This document shows, piece by piece, positions 12,857 to 24,536 of a DNA stretch of 64,000 nt. The notes beneath the pieces are model-generated. The model searched no databases. It was not told where the DNA came from and was given only the letters and a program-made list of their open reading frames with translations. How positions within the stretch are numbered: the stretch's first letter is position 1; each line of letters starts with the position of its first letter. Origin of the DNA: Balanoglossus misakiensis (taxonomy: Eukaryota > Animalia > Hemichordata). The stretch is taken from NCBI GenBank assembly GCA_040954595.2, contig CM082576.2, forward strand, positions 17,841,028-17,905,027. Reading direction: 5' to 3'. The translations under genes and the position numbers were made by a program.

Positions 12857-14267
12857 AACTTGTGCGGTGGATTCGTGATTTCGCAGCATAGGCCTACACC
12901 GTGCGTGCGCACTATACTGGCCGATCGCGATCGTATCGTAAGTGACGTCACGCCCAAAGCTCCCATGAGCCTTTTCGCGCCCATGGTCTGGACTGGGCTA
13001 TCACACCAAGATTTACGCAGTGCCGATCTCAGCAATGCGGGCACGTATGAATGCGATTCAAGTCAGGATATGTTAAATGGGTATTAGGGATCATGGAAAT
13101 GTGAAAATTGGCTTGGGTTGGGGGCCCCTTTAAGGCAACGACATCTATGACTTGAGGGTAACATTTCAAAGGAGAAATACAATGGATGGTTTACATCAGC
13201 AGTGATTGCACAAGCTCTGAGAGAACCGGTGTGGGTCTCCCAAAAGATGCTTGTTGCTTTTAACAATGGAAAGCAATAACACACATTGCAGTAAGTCCAG
13301 TGTGGTTCAACAACACTCCAGTACAACAAAAGTAGCTGATGTGAATTAACATGAAAGGAACACAACCTCTTGAGCATGTGCAATTTTTGCTGTCATTTCT
13401 TTTAAATAGATGTTGTGTGCTGACTAAAGGAGAGTTAATTGTTAAGAATAACACCAAGATACTTTAAAAATACCACCTGTTCATTGGGTTCACCATCAAT
13501 ACAAATTGGGACATTTGGTCCTGATACCCGATGAAAGTTAATGTTAAGTTCTTTTGTCTTTGAAACATTAAGCTGTAGAAAATTTGAATTACAGCTATTA
13601 GAATAATACTTTACCAAGTTTACATATTCCGTTTCCGAGTTTGTGTCATTTAAAAGAACAAGTAAAGCTGCACTATCAGAGAATTGGAAAGAAATGAACT
13701 AGTTGAACAATTACTCTGGCAATCATTTGTATAGAAAATGAACGAAAATGGGTTAAGCCTGAAGACACAGCCTTGGGGGCACTGGTGTTGGTGAAGACCA
13801 CAGTAGATAGGCCTCCCCTACTCTCTCATATTGTGGTCTGTCAGTTAGGAAGTTATAAACCCAATAAACTATTGCAGGTGCATGGTGCACCTACCTGCAA
13901 TGATATGTCTATCATAATGTGACGCTAAGTGGTGTTGTCTGAAAGAAGAACTGAAGTCGATGAATATAATCCTGGCACTCTGTACTGTGTTTACAAATGA
14001 AAATAAAATTCATTGTAGTTTCAAAAACATTTTGACGTTTTCTAAGTGTTTTTTTTTCTTGAAAACCTCTCGGGATTGCGTTTAATTCAATCCAAATTGG
14101 TGTGGTAATTCTTTGTGTGTGTCCCGATTTGCAAAGGATCAACAGTTTTTACCAAGACGCTGCTCAATGACTTTCAGTTTAACCTCATCGCTGTATGCTT
14201 TTGATTTCAGCGGCAGATTTTGCCTTTCAATGCAACTGAGATACAATGGATACAGGAGAATCTGTAA

Positions 14268-16506
14268 TGGTTGTGTCACAGCCCCAAGTTTAGTGCACAG
14301 CTGTGGAGATTATGGGAACTATATTTCATGCAGTAATTTGGGGAATAGTTTTTAGCAGATTGTTTCTGATTGATTACAAAAGTATTCAATAAGTTATCAT
14401 CTCATATTCCGTATTTTAACAACAATGTTATTAACTTCATGGCATCTATAACAAGTATTATTGTGTTATTGTGGTCTCAATATCAGAGTATGTATCCGAT
14501 TTGCTCCGTAGATTCCCGTTGTATTCTTATAACATGTATACTAGTAAATGGTAAAATTGTATAAATGACCGTTGTCTCACCTAGTACAGTGGCAACATTC
14601 CATCCTGAAGCGGTCATTATTATCATAACAAACTGTACTGTTACAAACAAGGGGAACGATACTATAAATGTCATTATGAAATTCAAAACGATTCCGGCAA
14701 TGTAGCTGGTATATAAACACACCTTTCTACCATACCTACAAAATATAACGTGGAAGAATCTATCAGCCACTGTCCATAAAAAAAGAAAACTTAAGAATGA
14801 ACCCACCAGAAAGATGCCCAGCAAGGCCCCCAAGGGAAAGTGTTGTTCTTTAATTATTATAGTACCTCCAAATTTAGAATGTCATTTTCCCGATTGTCAT
14901 ATATATTGTGTATCAACGAAATTTTAACACGAAATAGAGAGAAAATGGTGTTTCAATCTCAATTATTTTTTCACACTGTTATAACGCTATATTTTTTCTA
15001 TTTCTTAATGCAATTTAATACTTCTCGGTCGGGTCTTTAGTGAAAATTTCAAGAAAATGACAATTTTGCAACACCGTTTTCTCACAATTCTACATGTGAA
15101 GCCACGGAGTGTGATAACCATGCAGACCACTACTATAACAATGAGCATAAATACCACCTTCCGCTAAAGGCTGTTACACGATACTATTACTTACACGTCT
15201 GCAAGCTGTCCAGACAACAGAGCCAATCATCAAACCCAATCCACCGAGTGATTTAGACAGCTGTCTCTGCCATCCTTGATCACGCACTAAATCAAACTAA
15301 GTACGTAAAAGTATGGGCAAAAATGTTAATAAATGCTAACTAGCTATACTTCCAGGTATACGCAGAATTATTTTAAGTTTCTACTGAGTTACCAACTCTA
15401 TCTAGATGTAAGCGATCCAAATAGAATTCCCCATCCACCGCAGGTTTTTAAAAAATATCGCATTTACCACTTGTTATATGCAGCATTGGCTTCACTAAAC
15501 CGAATAAGCTAGATCGTGATAAAATGTCCTTGTTAATTATTGCCTGTGACATCATGAGACGTTTCTGCCGATTTTTAAAATTCGATTTGATACAGAATCA
15601 GTGTAGAAAAGTTGAAATGTTTACCTGCATAACTTGTGTATTTGACAACAATGATCTATCATGCACCCAACCGTCGTCACACGCTCTGATAAAGTTCCTA
15701 TTCGCTGGACACGAGAAAGTTCTGTTAACTGACGACATTGTGGTACCGTTCATCTGATATCTGAAGCAGGAATCCCAAACCAGCATTCCCTTTTCTTCTT
15801 TCAGTGGAATGGTGCAGTTTTTCCAAACGGAATCCATCTGGTAGAATTGGTTTTCGTGTGTTCGACAATAATAATCGTTGACGCATAGTAAAACGTATTT
15901 GCGAAAAAATATGTTGAATACGGAATCATGGAAAGAAGAATAAAGAACAGTTGTATTTGTTGGAACCTCCCAAAATCACCAATTTTCCCCACAATGCTCT
16001 CATATTCCATGATGAACACTGAGGCCCTATGCTGTTTCATTGCGTGGAGTCATGCTTCTTTTGATCACGAATAAACGGAGTGGAGGTGATGGTGCACATC
16101 GTAATATTGTCGAGATCGATTTGTCATCGGTTGACAAAAACATGAAGCCCTGTCAGTTTTGAGTGATGATAATGACTATTTTGGTTGCTGTGTTTCACGA
16201 TGCTTGTCATGACAAGCCTAGGCCTAAATTTGAAGGACGTGATGTGATATACTTTGGATCGTTATTGTGGTTGTAGAGATGATAAAGAGCGGAAAATGAG
16301 GCAATTTTCTTATAGTTAATCGATCAAACAAAAGGTTTAGACTCCACCTAAATACCTGGTTATTGTCAGGGGAAATAATAATACACAAAAAACTTAAACG
16401 TCACTATGACTCCCTGACAAATATTTTGATGTTCTAAAAGCAATTAGTGTCCCTTAACTGAAGGGGTGTTCAATGGAGGGTCTCCAAGGAATTCTAGCCC
16501 AAACGG
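14268..16506 (-). pseudogene. SLC22 duplicate, 5' half (exons 1-3), frameshifted
   Basis: Near-identical to 22456-25607. It has a 1-nt deletion in exon 1 (aatcgttgacg vs aatccgttgacg), a 2-nt deletion in exon 2 (gtccagacaac vs gtccaaagacaac) and an LVCD->LVRD change. Confidence 0.85.
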
Positions 16507-17540
16507 ATTCAGCCACTGAGAGGATTAGGCCATGTAATCTTCTCTAATCAAAACATGCCAATTTTCACAATTAGAGACATAAAACCAGAGTAATCGACCA
16601 AATATCATGAAAAGTTGGATTTATAGATTTTAATCTCACAAAAATTGACTGTTCTGAAAGATATATTGTCAATTAATAATTTGCATATTCAATAAAGCTT
16701 CGCACGTATGAATACATGTCCTTATACATGTAGCTAGTCACGTGTACCAAGGAAGACTGTTTTGAGAGTTACAGCGTCGTCATTGCAATTATTTGACATA
16801 TTCACAGTCTTTACATAAGTGTACCGATCAAACTAGGATATGTTTTCGTTTATTACAGGAACAACTCTCGTCGTCCGTGCTCGAATCTTCTACCCCTTTC
16901 TGTTCACGTGTCTCTCAACACGCACAACTTCAACTGCTCAATTGGGATGGGGGTCGCGCCTCTGTGTCTACTAAATTGAGACGTTGTTACACTTTTAGAG
17001 ATAACGTGTCGCCAGATAACGGTGTTGCCAGGTTGGTGTTCGTTGCAGCTATTTAGAATTCTGTGGTATTTGGCCTCATGACTCACAAGTCTTCATTTGG
17101 TCTTGACATGCTTGACGATGAGACTATTTACAATTGAGCCGCATTCTAACAGGTTGATGAAAGGCGTCACTTTATAATTAGAAATACACGAATAATTAAT
17201 GATAAATTAATTAATGAGCATCGATCGAAATCTTCCCATTTCAAGACATTAGAAACCCTACAACCTTTCATTCATTTGACTGTTACACCAGCTGTCTATA
17301 TATTTACGGCTATTCTCGATTCATTGTGTTGGATGTGTGACAGTCTCGGGTTTGATCATGAACTTCATAATGTGCATGTGGCGTCGGTAGTTAATGAGTC
17401 GAATTTACATGGCCCTCTCGGCTGTATATTTACAAGAAGTAATCTGGCGTACGAACAATCAGTAGTTTAATATGAGAATAAGCAAAGACCAATCTCAGTT
17501 GTTATTGGTACAGAATTGTGTTGTCCTGGTATAATTGACT

Positions 17541-20500
17541 TTATCGGTCTCTGCCGTCCCGATTCAATAGTGTCACGGTTTCCAAATTTCTCTTGGGATT
17601 ATTGACAATACAGTTGGATCTGAAATAAAACCAGAATAGAATTAGGAACAGTAAGCTGGTACGAGCCTTGGGAAACCATGATAATATGATGAACATGAAT
17701 GATACTCACGATTTCATGGTTTCCAGATCTTGAAGCGTTTCTGGTAATTTTTTCTTAAACGTTTCTGGCAGAAGTAAAACGAGAAGACCCGATGTGATGG
17801 CTATGCTGCCGACAATGGTGTACGTGCAAATGTAACACCTATATTTTAATAATATGATATACGGTGCAACTATGCCAGAGAATCCGTGCCATAGATTGAT
17901 CAGTCCCATCCCAGTATTTCTGAAACGAAATGTGTCTTCGCTGAGGTAAAAATGCAGATGTATTTGTCGCAGTTGCTGGCAGTTAGTAAACATTGGAATG
18001 AATCGTGTCTAAAGAAACGCTTGATGTCAAAATTTGTATGAAGATGAAGTTCAATGACGTCTGATGTTGATGTTAACTCTTAGACTACAAACCTCGCCCA
18101 ACATAGAATGTGATAAGATATAACCGAGTGAAATAGTAAAAATAATAGTTTTTGTACTATGTTTCGCTTCAGGTCGTTACACATAATGGATAACTATGTA
18201 AAACCCTGGTGTAAAATACTTTATCGCATGAAACTATTGATTGACAGTTTATTTTCGCAATAACCCTTGTATGTTAGCATTCATACCTATACAAATTACA
18301 CATTACAATAGGGCCGTGTTTCAAACAGATTTGTGACATTCTTAATAGTTTTGTATCTCATTTCACGTTCAGTCAATAACAGAACGGGGACGCGGTTTGC
18401 TGTTGTCAAATATAGACACGAGTGAAATCACCACAAGTAACTTATATTCAACCTTACAACATGTACTCATTTCTGTTTCAAGAAAACAATAACAGGCTAT
18501 TAGCCATCTACCTTAAGGGTGTGGGAAGCACCTCGTTGGCTGTGACAACAGCCATAACACCTGCAGCAGATGAGCCAAATTTTGCCACTACCAGAAGCAA
18601 CAACTTCAACCATTCAGTGTCGTCTGCAGAAAAAAATGGTAATAAATTGTAATAAAGCATAAAGTGGAAGAAACGGGCTTTTAATTGGATTTAGTTATGT
18701 TCTCCACATCATTTGTATCTAATAGTAGTAACTGCCTACTGGTATTTTGTTGTTGCAGGCTTCCAAGCAGTGAGTGGGCTGTGCATTGGCCATGACTCAG
18801 TATGTTTTCCCTGGTTGGTTCAATCAGCCATTCGAATCAGCGACATTGTAGTTGATACCTGACTGGACTGTAGCCCAACAGTTTAGCCCTTAAACGTACT
18901 ATGCTTCCGTTTGTGAAAAAATTATGAACTGGTTAAAATTTCTGGTAGCGGGCACAAGGTGTCACCTCAAAATCTCCCAAGATTTTCGAACTGATATGTA
19001 ATTTGTCATGAATTTGTACATCATTAACAATGCCGACTTCCCAGGAGTCAGATCCCTTTAGTGATGTGATGTATCTTGCCATGGCTCACACATGCATGCG
19101 CACGAAGGTTTGATGTCGAATCATTCTCACGTGTTTTTGGCAGAACTAAGAAAATATGGGATATATTGACTATCACATTCAATTTGGAGTACAAAAATAA
19201 GAAAATCCCAAGTTGGTCGAAATTATTGTCATTACGTAATGTTTTAAAATAATACCTACCAGTAATAAAACCCGAAGTTATCCACGAAACACCGGAGATA
19301 ACCATGGCGATTGAAAGTTGCCATCGACGAGAAAAGAAATGGAGTGTAAACAAAACGAAGACTATGGCGGGCAAGTCAGCCAATGTTATCAGGAAGTAGA
19401 GCAGATATGGATTCTTTGAAAAGTAATCCGCATTCAAAGCCAGGCCATAATACATCAGTAAGTCGGCAAACCTGTGGGCCAATGAAAATTAGGAGACAAG
19501 TATGGCGGATGAATATCATGTTGTGCAACAAAAGTAGCAAAAGAAGTGATAGACGGCCAAGGCCCAATTCTCCCCCCCCCCCACACTTTACACACTTTCA
19601 TGGCGTCCCTTGATCCGCTATTGGTGCATTTTACACTCTCTTCAATGATTCCCTTCAGTGTTATAACTAAAAAGAGTTTCTCTGCGTTAACTCCTGAACT
19701 GTATTATGACATTCACGCCTGATAAGGTGTACTACAATCCGCATAGAACAAATAACAATAAAGCACACCATTATCATCAAAGTGTAAACTTTTGTCTCTG
19801 TTTTATGATTTCATTATTTCCATCATTTACTTTTCAAACCAAGATTGCCCCATTTAAACAAAGTTACTCAGAGGGCCATACACACATGAGTGTTGCTGTT
19901 CGTTTAAATGCGGTATCGACTATGAAAAGGCACATTAAATTCAACCGAAAATAAAATCTGCAACGATCTATGGATTTCTTACCCGTTGTAACATAAGTTA
20001 ATGACCCATGCACGGAGTCCAGGTGTTTGGAATATGTCAACCAGTGGCCGGTTTTGTTTACCTCTTTCCTATAAAGCGGTAACAAGATTTCCGTGTGATC
20101 AAAACGACTTAATTTTCGTTTAATATCTGGATTTTACGTTATCACATATATACATGTAGTTGCTGTATACAAATGCTAATTTCATTCTTGGGAATTATGT
20201 CAACCCAAGGTCAGACTCAAGGTTGAGCGACCGCGGTCAGACAAAATTGAGTTAAAGTTGCCTTATTGTTACCAGAGTCCAACCATGAGAACTAGTCATA
20301 CCTGTAAGAAGAAATAATATGCAAACAATGGAAAACTATAACAGTTCTGTCAATGAAATGACTTGTAATTGATTACCTCATTCCCATCATCCATTGGGTG
20401 TATTTTATCGTCACTGAAATCATCATAAGAAGACTTGTTCCATCTTGCCATTTTCTCAAGTATTCTTCTTGCTTCTTCGTCATAACCTTTCTGTATTAAC

Positions 20501-23500
20501 CATCGTGGCGATTCTTCTATTATCCTAAATTAAATCAATGTTACACAGCCCTTGTTAAGATGGGTCCCTAGGATCTTTTTGCTCGTTGCTATGGGCCTTT
20601 ATAGGACACTACACTCAATTTTGATCGAAACCGTTATGAACGTCCGACAAGGGGCTTGTAACTAGTTAAAAATACACACGATTGTGTGCACACCCCCTGT
20701 CTGAGTATGTTTACGGCAGCTACCGCCCGGCCATAGGCCGCCACGCTAATACGGCAAAGCAGCGGTCAGCGATAGCGTGCGCGTCCTGTAACCACAGTAA
20801 CTGGATCGAACGCTAAAAATCCAATGTTTTGTACACAGAGATTTTGTACCGTTCACGAAAATCCCTAAGGCTTTTTTCACAGGCGACGTAGGCCAGCCAA
20901 ATTTGACCTGCTTGTTGAGAACGCACTTCCGCATAGTGTGACGGATCGTTTTTTCGGTTTTCGTCGTGCTAAGAAGCGATACCAGTGGAAGAGTGCGTCC
21001 AAAAACACCCAAAATCGATGACTTTTTCAGGTGTGGTACGGGTATGCTGAAATCGTAGGATACAACGATAATATTCGAAAACAAAATCCGTCACGATCTT
21101 CCCTGGTTCAAGCAACTAATGAATACGTATCAAGTTCGTTTTTGAGGTCATGGAATAAAAAGCCTTAGGCTTTTGAAATTTGACCTAACTAATTTGCATA
21201 TCAATGGCGTCAGGGGGCGCGCGCTCACAATCGTGCAGATTTTCAACTAGTTACCAGCCCCTTGTTAGACTCTGAAAACGGCTTAGTCCAAATCGGGGTG
21301 TAATGTCCTATAAAGGCCCATAGCAACGAGCAAAAAGATCCTAGGGACCCATCTTAACATTCTGAAAACCAACAGTAACCTGTAGCAGCAAGAAAGCGTG
21401 TACGTTGTGGTTATCTGCTACGAATAAGAACCCAAAACTTCGATATGACAACCGCTTTCTCTGTTTACCTTTCCTGTTTATATATCCCTATAATAATATA
21501 TTATATTGAACACCTATTGCCTGGCCATGAGGGCCATAGCGGCCGTTTATTACACCCGAGGGGCTGTGAGTTACCAGAATCATATGCTATTTCCCGAGGC
21601 TGCAGGCCGAGGGAAATAGCATATGATTCTGGTAACTCACAGTCACGAGGGGGTAAAAACGGCTGCTATGGCCCGAATATAGGCCAGGCTATAGGTGTTT
21701 TATAATAAACCTCATGCTAACAGCTGGGAAAATCTTGCAATTTTCTCTTGAGGTTGGCAGACAACATCTTCCGCGGTGGCCATTGTGTCAGACGACGCGA
21801 CGCTGATTGACGTGACCGAGTCTGCGCACTCACGCCGGTCACGTGACCGGTTTATATTTTTTCTGCTATTTCCCTAGCGGTTCATAGTCGATTCTATTTT
21901 CCTATCACGTGACGGATTCTGGCGAATCACGGCACAGTATTAGCATGAGGTATATTATAAATTCATTTATGAGATCATTGGCAGTGCATTTGTTAATATT
22001 CGCGAAATAACCACAATACTTACCAGTAGTAGGGAATATATATAAGACTGAGTAAGCTTATGGCTAGTTGTATCTTCCACCAGTCTCCCCCTGCATACAC
22101 GGAGATGCCCCCTGTTAGTAAAGCCCCTAGAAGCATGCCGACATTACAAATAGCGATAGAGAGAGGTCTGTATGTACTGGAGACAAGTTCTGCAGCTGTG
22201 GGGAAAAACACGGGTTCAGTTATCACTACGGGGGATATGAGAGAATTTGGCGATAAATGCAATATCCCTCGCTATCGGTGAGAATCGAACGGCACATCAC
22301 TTTCCCCGCCATAAATGTGAGAGAAATGTATTTTCTTAAAATAGGCCTACATCTGCGATGAATAGAAATCTTGCTTCCAGTCGCCGAACAATATTTCCTC
22401 GCTATCTATTTGCGAGAAATAAAGTATTGTCACATTTGATGTGCGAGAATATTCTTGGTTGTGTCACAGCCCCAAGTTTAGTTCACATCTGTGGAGATTA
22501 TGGGAACTATATTTCTTGCAGTAATTTGGGGGAATAGTCCTTTTCAGCAGATTGTTTCTGATTGTTTACACAAGTATTCAATTAGTTATCATCTCATATT
22601 CCGTATTTTCACAACAATGCCATTAACTCCATGGCATCTATAACAAGTACTACAGTGTTATTGTCTCGATATCCGAGTATGTATCCGATTCGCTGCGTAG
22701 ATTCCCGCTATATTCTTATCACATGTATACTAGTAAATGGTAAAATTGTATTAAAGGGGCAAAGTTTCTCTCTCGTAGCCTTTTTCCGTTATTTGTGTTT
22801 GATACAAGACACTGTTTATGTTATTCTACATGTGGATATATAGCGAATCAATGTTTGACAACACACACATTTCATCCCATTTGTTGGATTTATGAGCAAA
22901 AAACCTCGCCAAAATGAATAAATGGTAGAGACCGATTATTCATTTTGGTGAGATTTTCACTCGTGTACACAAGTGGGATGGAAGTTGTGTGTGATCGAAC
23001 GTTGATTTACTTCATATACACCATACATGATGCCATGTATCAACATAATTAATGGAAAATGGGGAAGAAGAGAGAGACCCTGTCCCTTTAATGACCGTTG
23101 TCTCACCTAGTACAGTGGCAACGTTCCATCCTGAAGCGGTCAGTATAATCATAACAAACTGAACAGTTACAAACAAGGGGAACGATACTATAAATGTCAT
23201 TATGAAATTCAAAACGATTCCGGCAATGTAGCTGGTATATAAACACACCTTTCTACCATACCTACAAAATATAACGTGGAAGAATCTATCAGCCACAGTC
23301 CATAAAAAAAAAACTTAAGAATGAACCCACCAGAAAGATGCCCAGCAAGGGAAAGTGTTGTTCTTTAATTATAGTACCTCCAAATTTAGAATGTCATTTT
23401 CCCGATTGTCATATATATTGTGTATCAATGAAGTTTTATCACGAAATAGAGAGAAAATGGTGTTTCAATCTCAATTATTTTGTCACACTGTTACATGTAT

Positions 23501-24536
23501 AACGCTATAGTTTTTCTATTTCTTTATGCAATTTAATACTTCTCGGTCGGGTCTTTAGTGAACATTTCAAGAAAAAGACAATTTTTCAACACTGTTTTCT
23601 CACAATTCTACATGTGAAGCCACGGAGTGTGATAACCATGCAGACCACTACTATAACAATGAGCATAAATACCACCTTCCGCTAAAGGCTGTTACACGAT
23701 ACTATTACTTACACGTCTGCAAGCTGTCCAAAGACAACAGAGCCAATCATCAAACCCAATCCACCGAGTGATTTAGACAGCTGTCTCTGCCATCCTTGAT
23801 CACACACTAAATCAAACTAAGTACGCAAAAGTATGGGCAAAAATGTTAATAAATGCTAACTAGCTATACTTCCAGGTATACGCTGAATTCTTTTAAGTTT
23901 CTACATAACTGAGTTACCAACTCTATCTAGATGTAAGCGATCCAAATAGAATTCCCCATCAACCGCAGGTTGTTTTAAAAATATCGCATAACCACTTGTT
24001 GTATGCAACATTGGCTTCACTAAACCGGATAAGCTAGATCGTGATAAAATGTCCTTGTTAATTATTGCCTGTGACATCATGAGACGTTTCTGCCGATTTC
24101 AAAAATTCGCTTTGATACAGAATCAGTGTAGAAAAGTTGAAATGTTTACCTGCATAACTTGTGTATTTGAAAACAATGATCTATCATGCACCCAACCGTC
24201 GTCACACGCTCTGATAAAGTTCCTATTCGCTGGACACGAGAAAGTTCTGTTAACTGACGACATTGTGGTACCGTTCATCTGATATCTGAAGCAGGAATCC
24301 CAAACCAGCATTCCCTTTTCTTCTTTCAGTGGAATGGTGCAGTTTTTCCAAACGGAATCCATCTGGAAGAATTGGTTTTCGTGTGTTCGACAATAATAAT
24401 CCGTTGACGCATAGTAAAACGTATTTGCGAAAAAATATGTTGAATACGGAATCATGGAAAGAAGAATAAAGAACAGTTGTATTTGTTGGAACCTCCCAAA
24501 ATCACCAATTTTCCCCACAATGCTCTCATATTCCAT
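17541..24536 (-). CDS. SLC22-family organic cation/carnitine transporter-like MFS protein; 10 exons (24536-24150, 23816-23713, 23261-23107, 22195-22024, 20524-20377, 20068-19983, 19471-19260, 18623-18512, 17919-17710, 17619-17541), ~554 aa
   Basis: IGDFGRFQ, CDDGWVHD, FDLVCD, GQLAD-YGRK, ESPRWL, DIFQTPGLR, YYGL, EVLPTPLRNTGMG, LLPET..LPET motifs. Spliced length is 1665 nt with no internal stop. The orthologue cannot be assigned by eye. Confidence 0.88.
20559..21353. mobile_element. Non-autonomous TTAA-targeting element (Kolobok-like) in SLC22 intron 4
   Basis: TTAA at 20555-20558 and 21354-21357; ~56-bp TIR GATGGGTCCCTAGGATC...; empty site with a single TTAA in the paralogous copy at ~38836 (cagaatgttaacaagggc). 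Confidence 0.85.
21505..21960. mobile_element. Hairpin-bearing non-autonomous element (Crypton-like, tentative)
   Basis: ~190-bp palindrome 21509-21700 centred on ccgaggctgcaggccgagg, plus a ~21-bp inverted pair at 21700-21720/21940-21960. The family assignment is a recollection, not verified. Confidence 0.45.
22755..23087. mobile_element. Palindromic TTAA MITE (Kolobok-like) in SLC22 intron 3
   Basis: TTAA at 22751-22754 and 23088-23091; AGGGG...CCCT ends; absent from the paralogous intron at ~14560; same family as 41596-41941. Confidence 0.8.

Larger units (their letters stand above)
7520..13129 (+). mobile_element. Autonomous Kolobok DNA transposon, 5610 bp, apparently intact
   Basis: TTAA TSD at 7516-7519 and 13130-13133; termini AGGGGCCCCC...GGGGGCCCCT; 201-bp TIRs (7520-7720, 12929-13129) with 2 mismatches seen; two convergent spliced genes (THAP-DDE transposase and KolX), the established Kolobok organisation. 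Confidence 0.92.
7440..13890 (-). pseudogene. Decayed Rex1/Babar-like LINE RT 3' fragment, interrupted by the Kolobok insertion
   Basis: Minus-strand RT remnants WVYNFLTDRPQ, TSAPQGCV, LQLNVSKTKEL..FLKYLGVILNN (13435-13880). Removing 7520-13133 gives HPLYFSFEMLPSSHRCRCLKWSKLRFSNSFVPMAIR, which resembles the Rex1/Babar C-terminus. Confidence 0.75.

Noticed and set aside
11792-12889. P2X7 purinoceptor gene
   Set aside because: No transmembrane or ectodomain exons; only the ballast-like domain, inside Kolobok TIRs.
20230-20301. Extra SLC22 exon after the AG at 20302
   Set aside because: Immediate in-frame stop; the exon at 20068-19983 supplies the expected DIFQTPGLR motif and phase.
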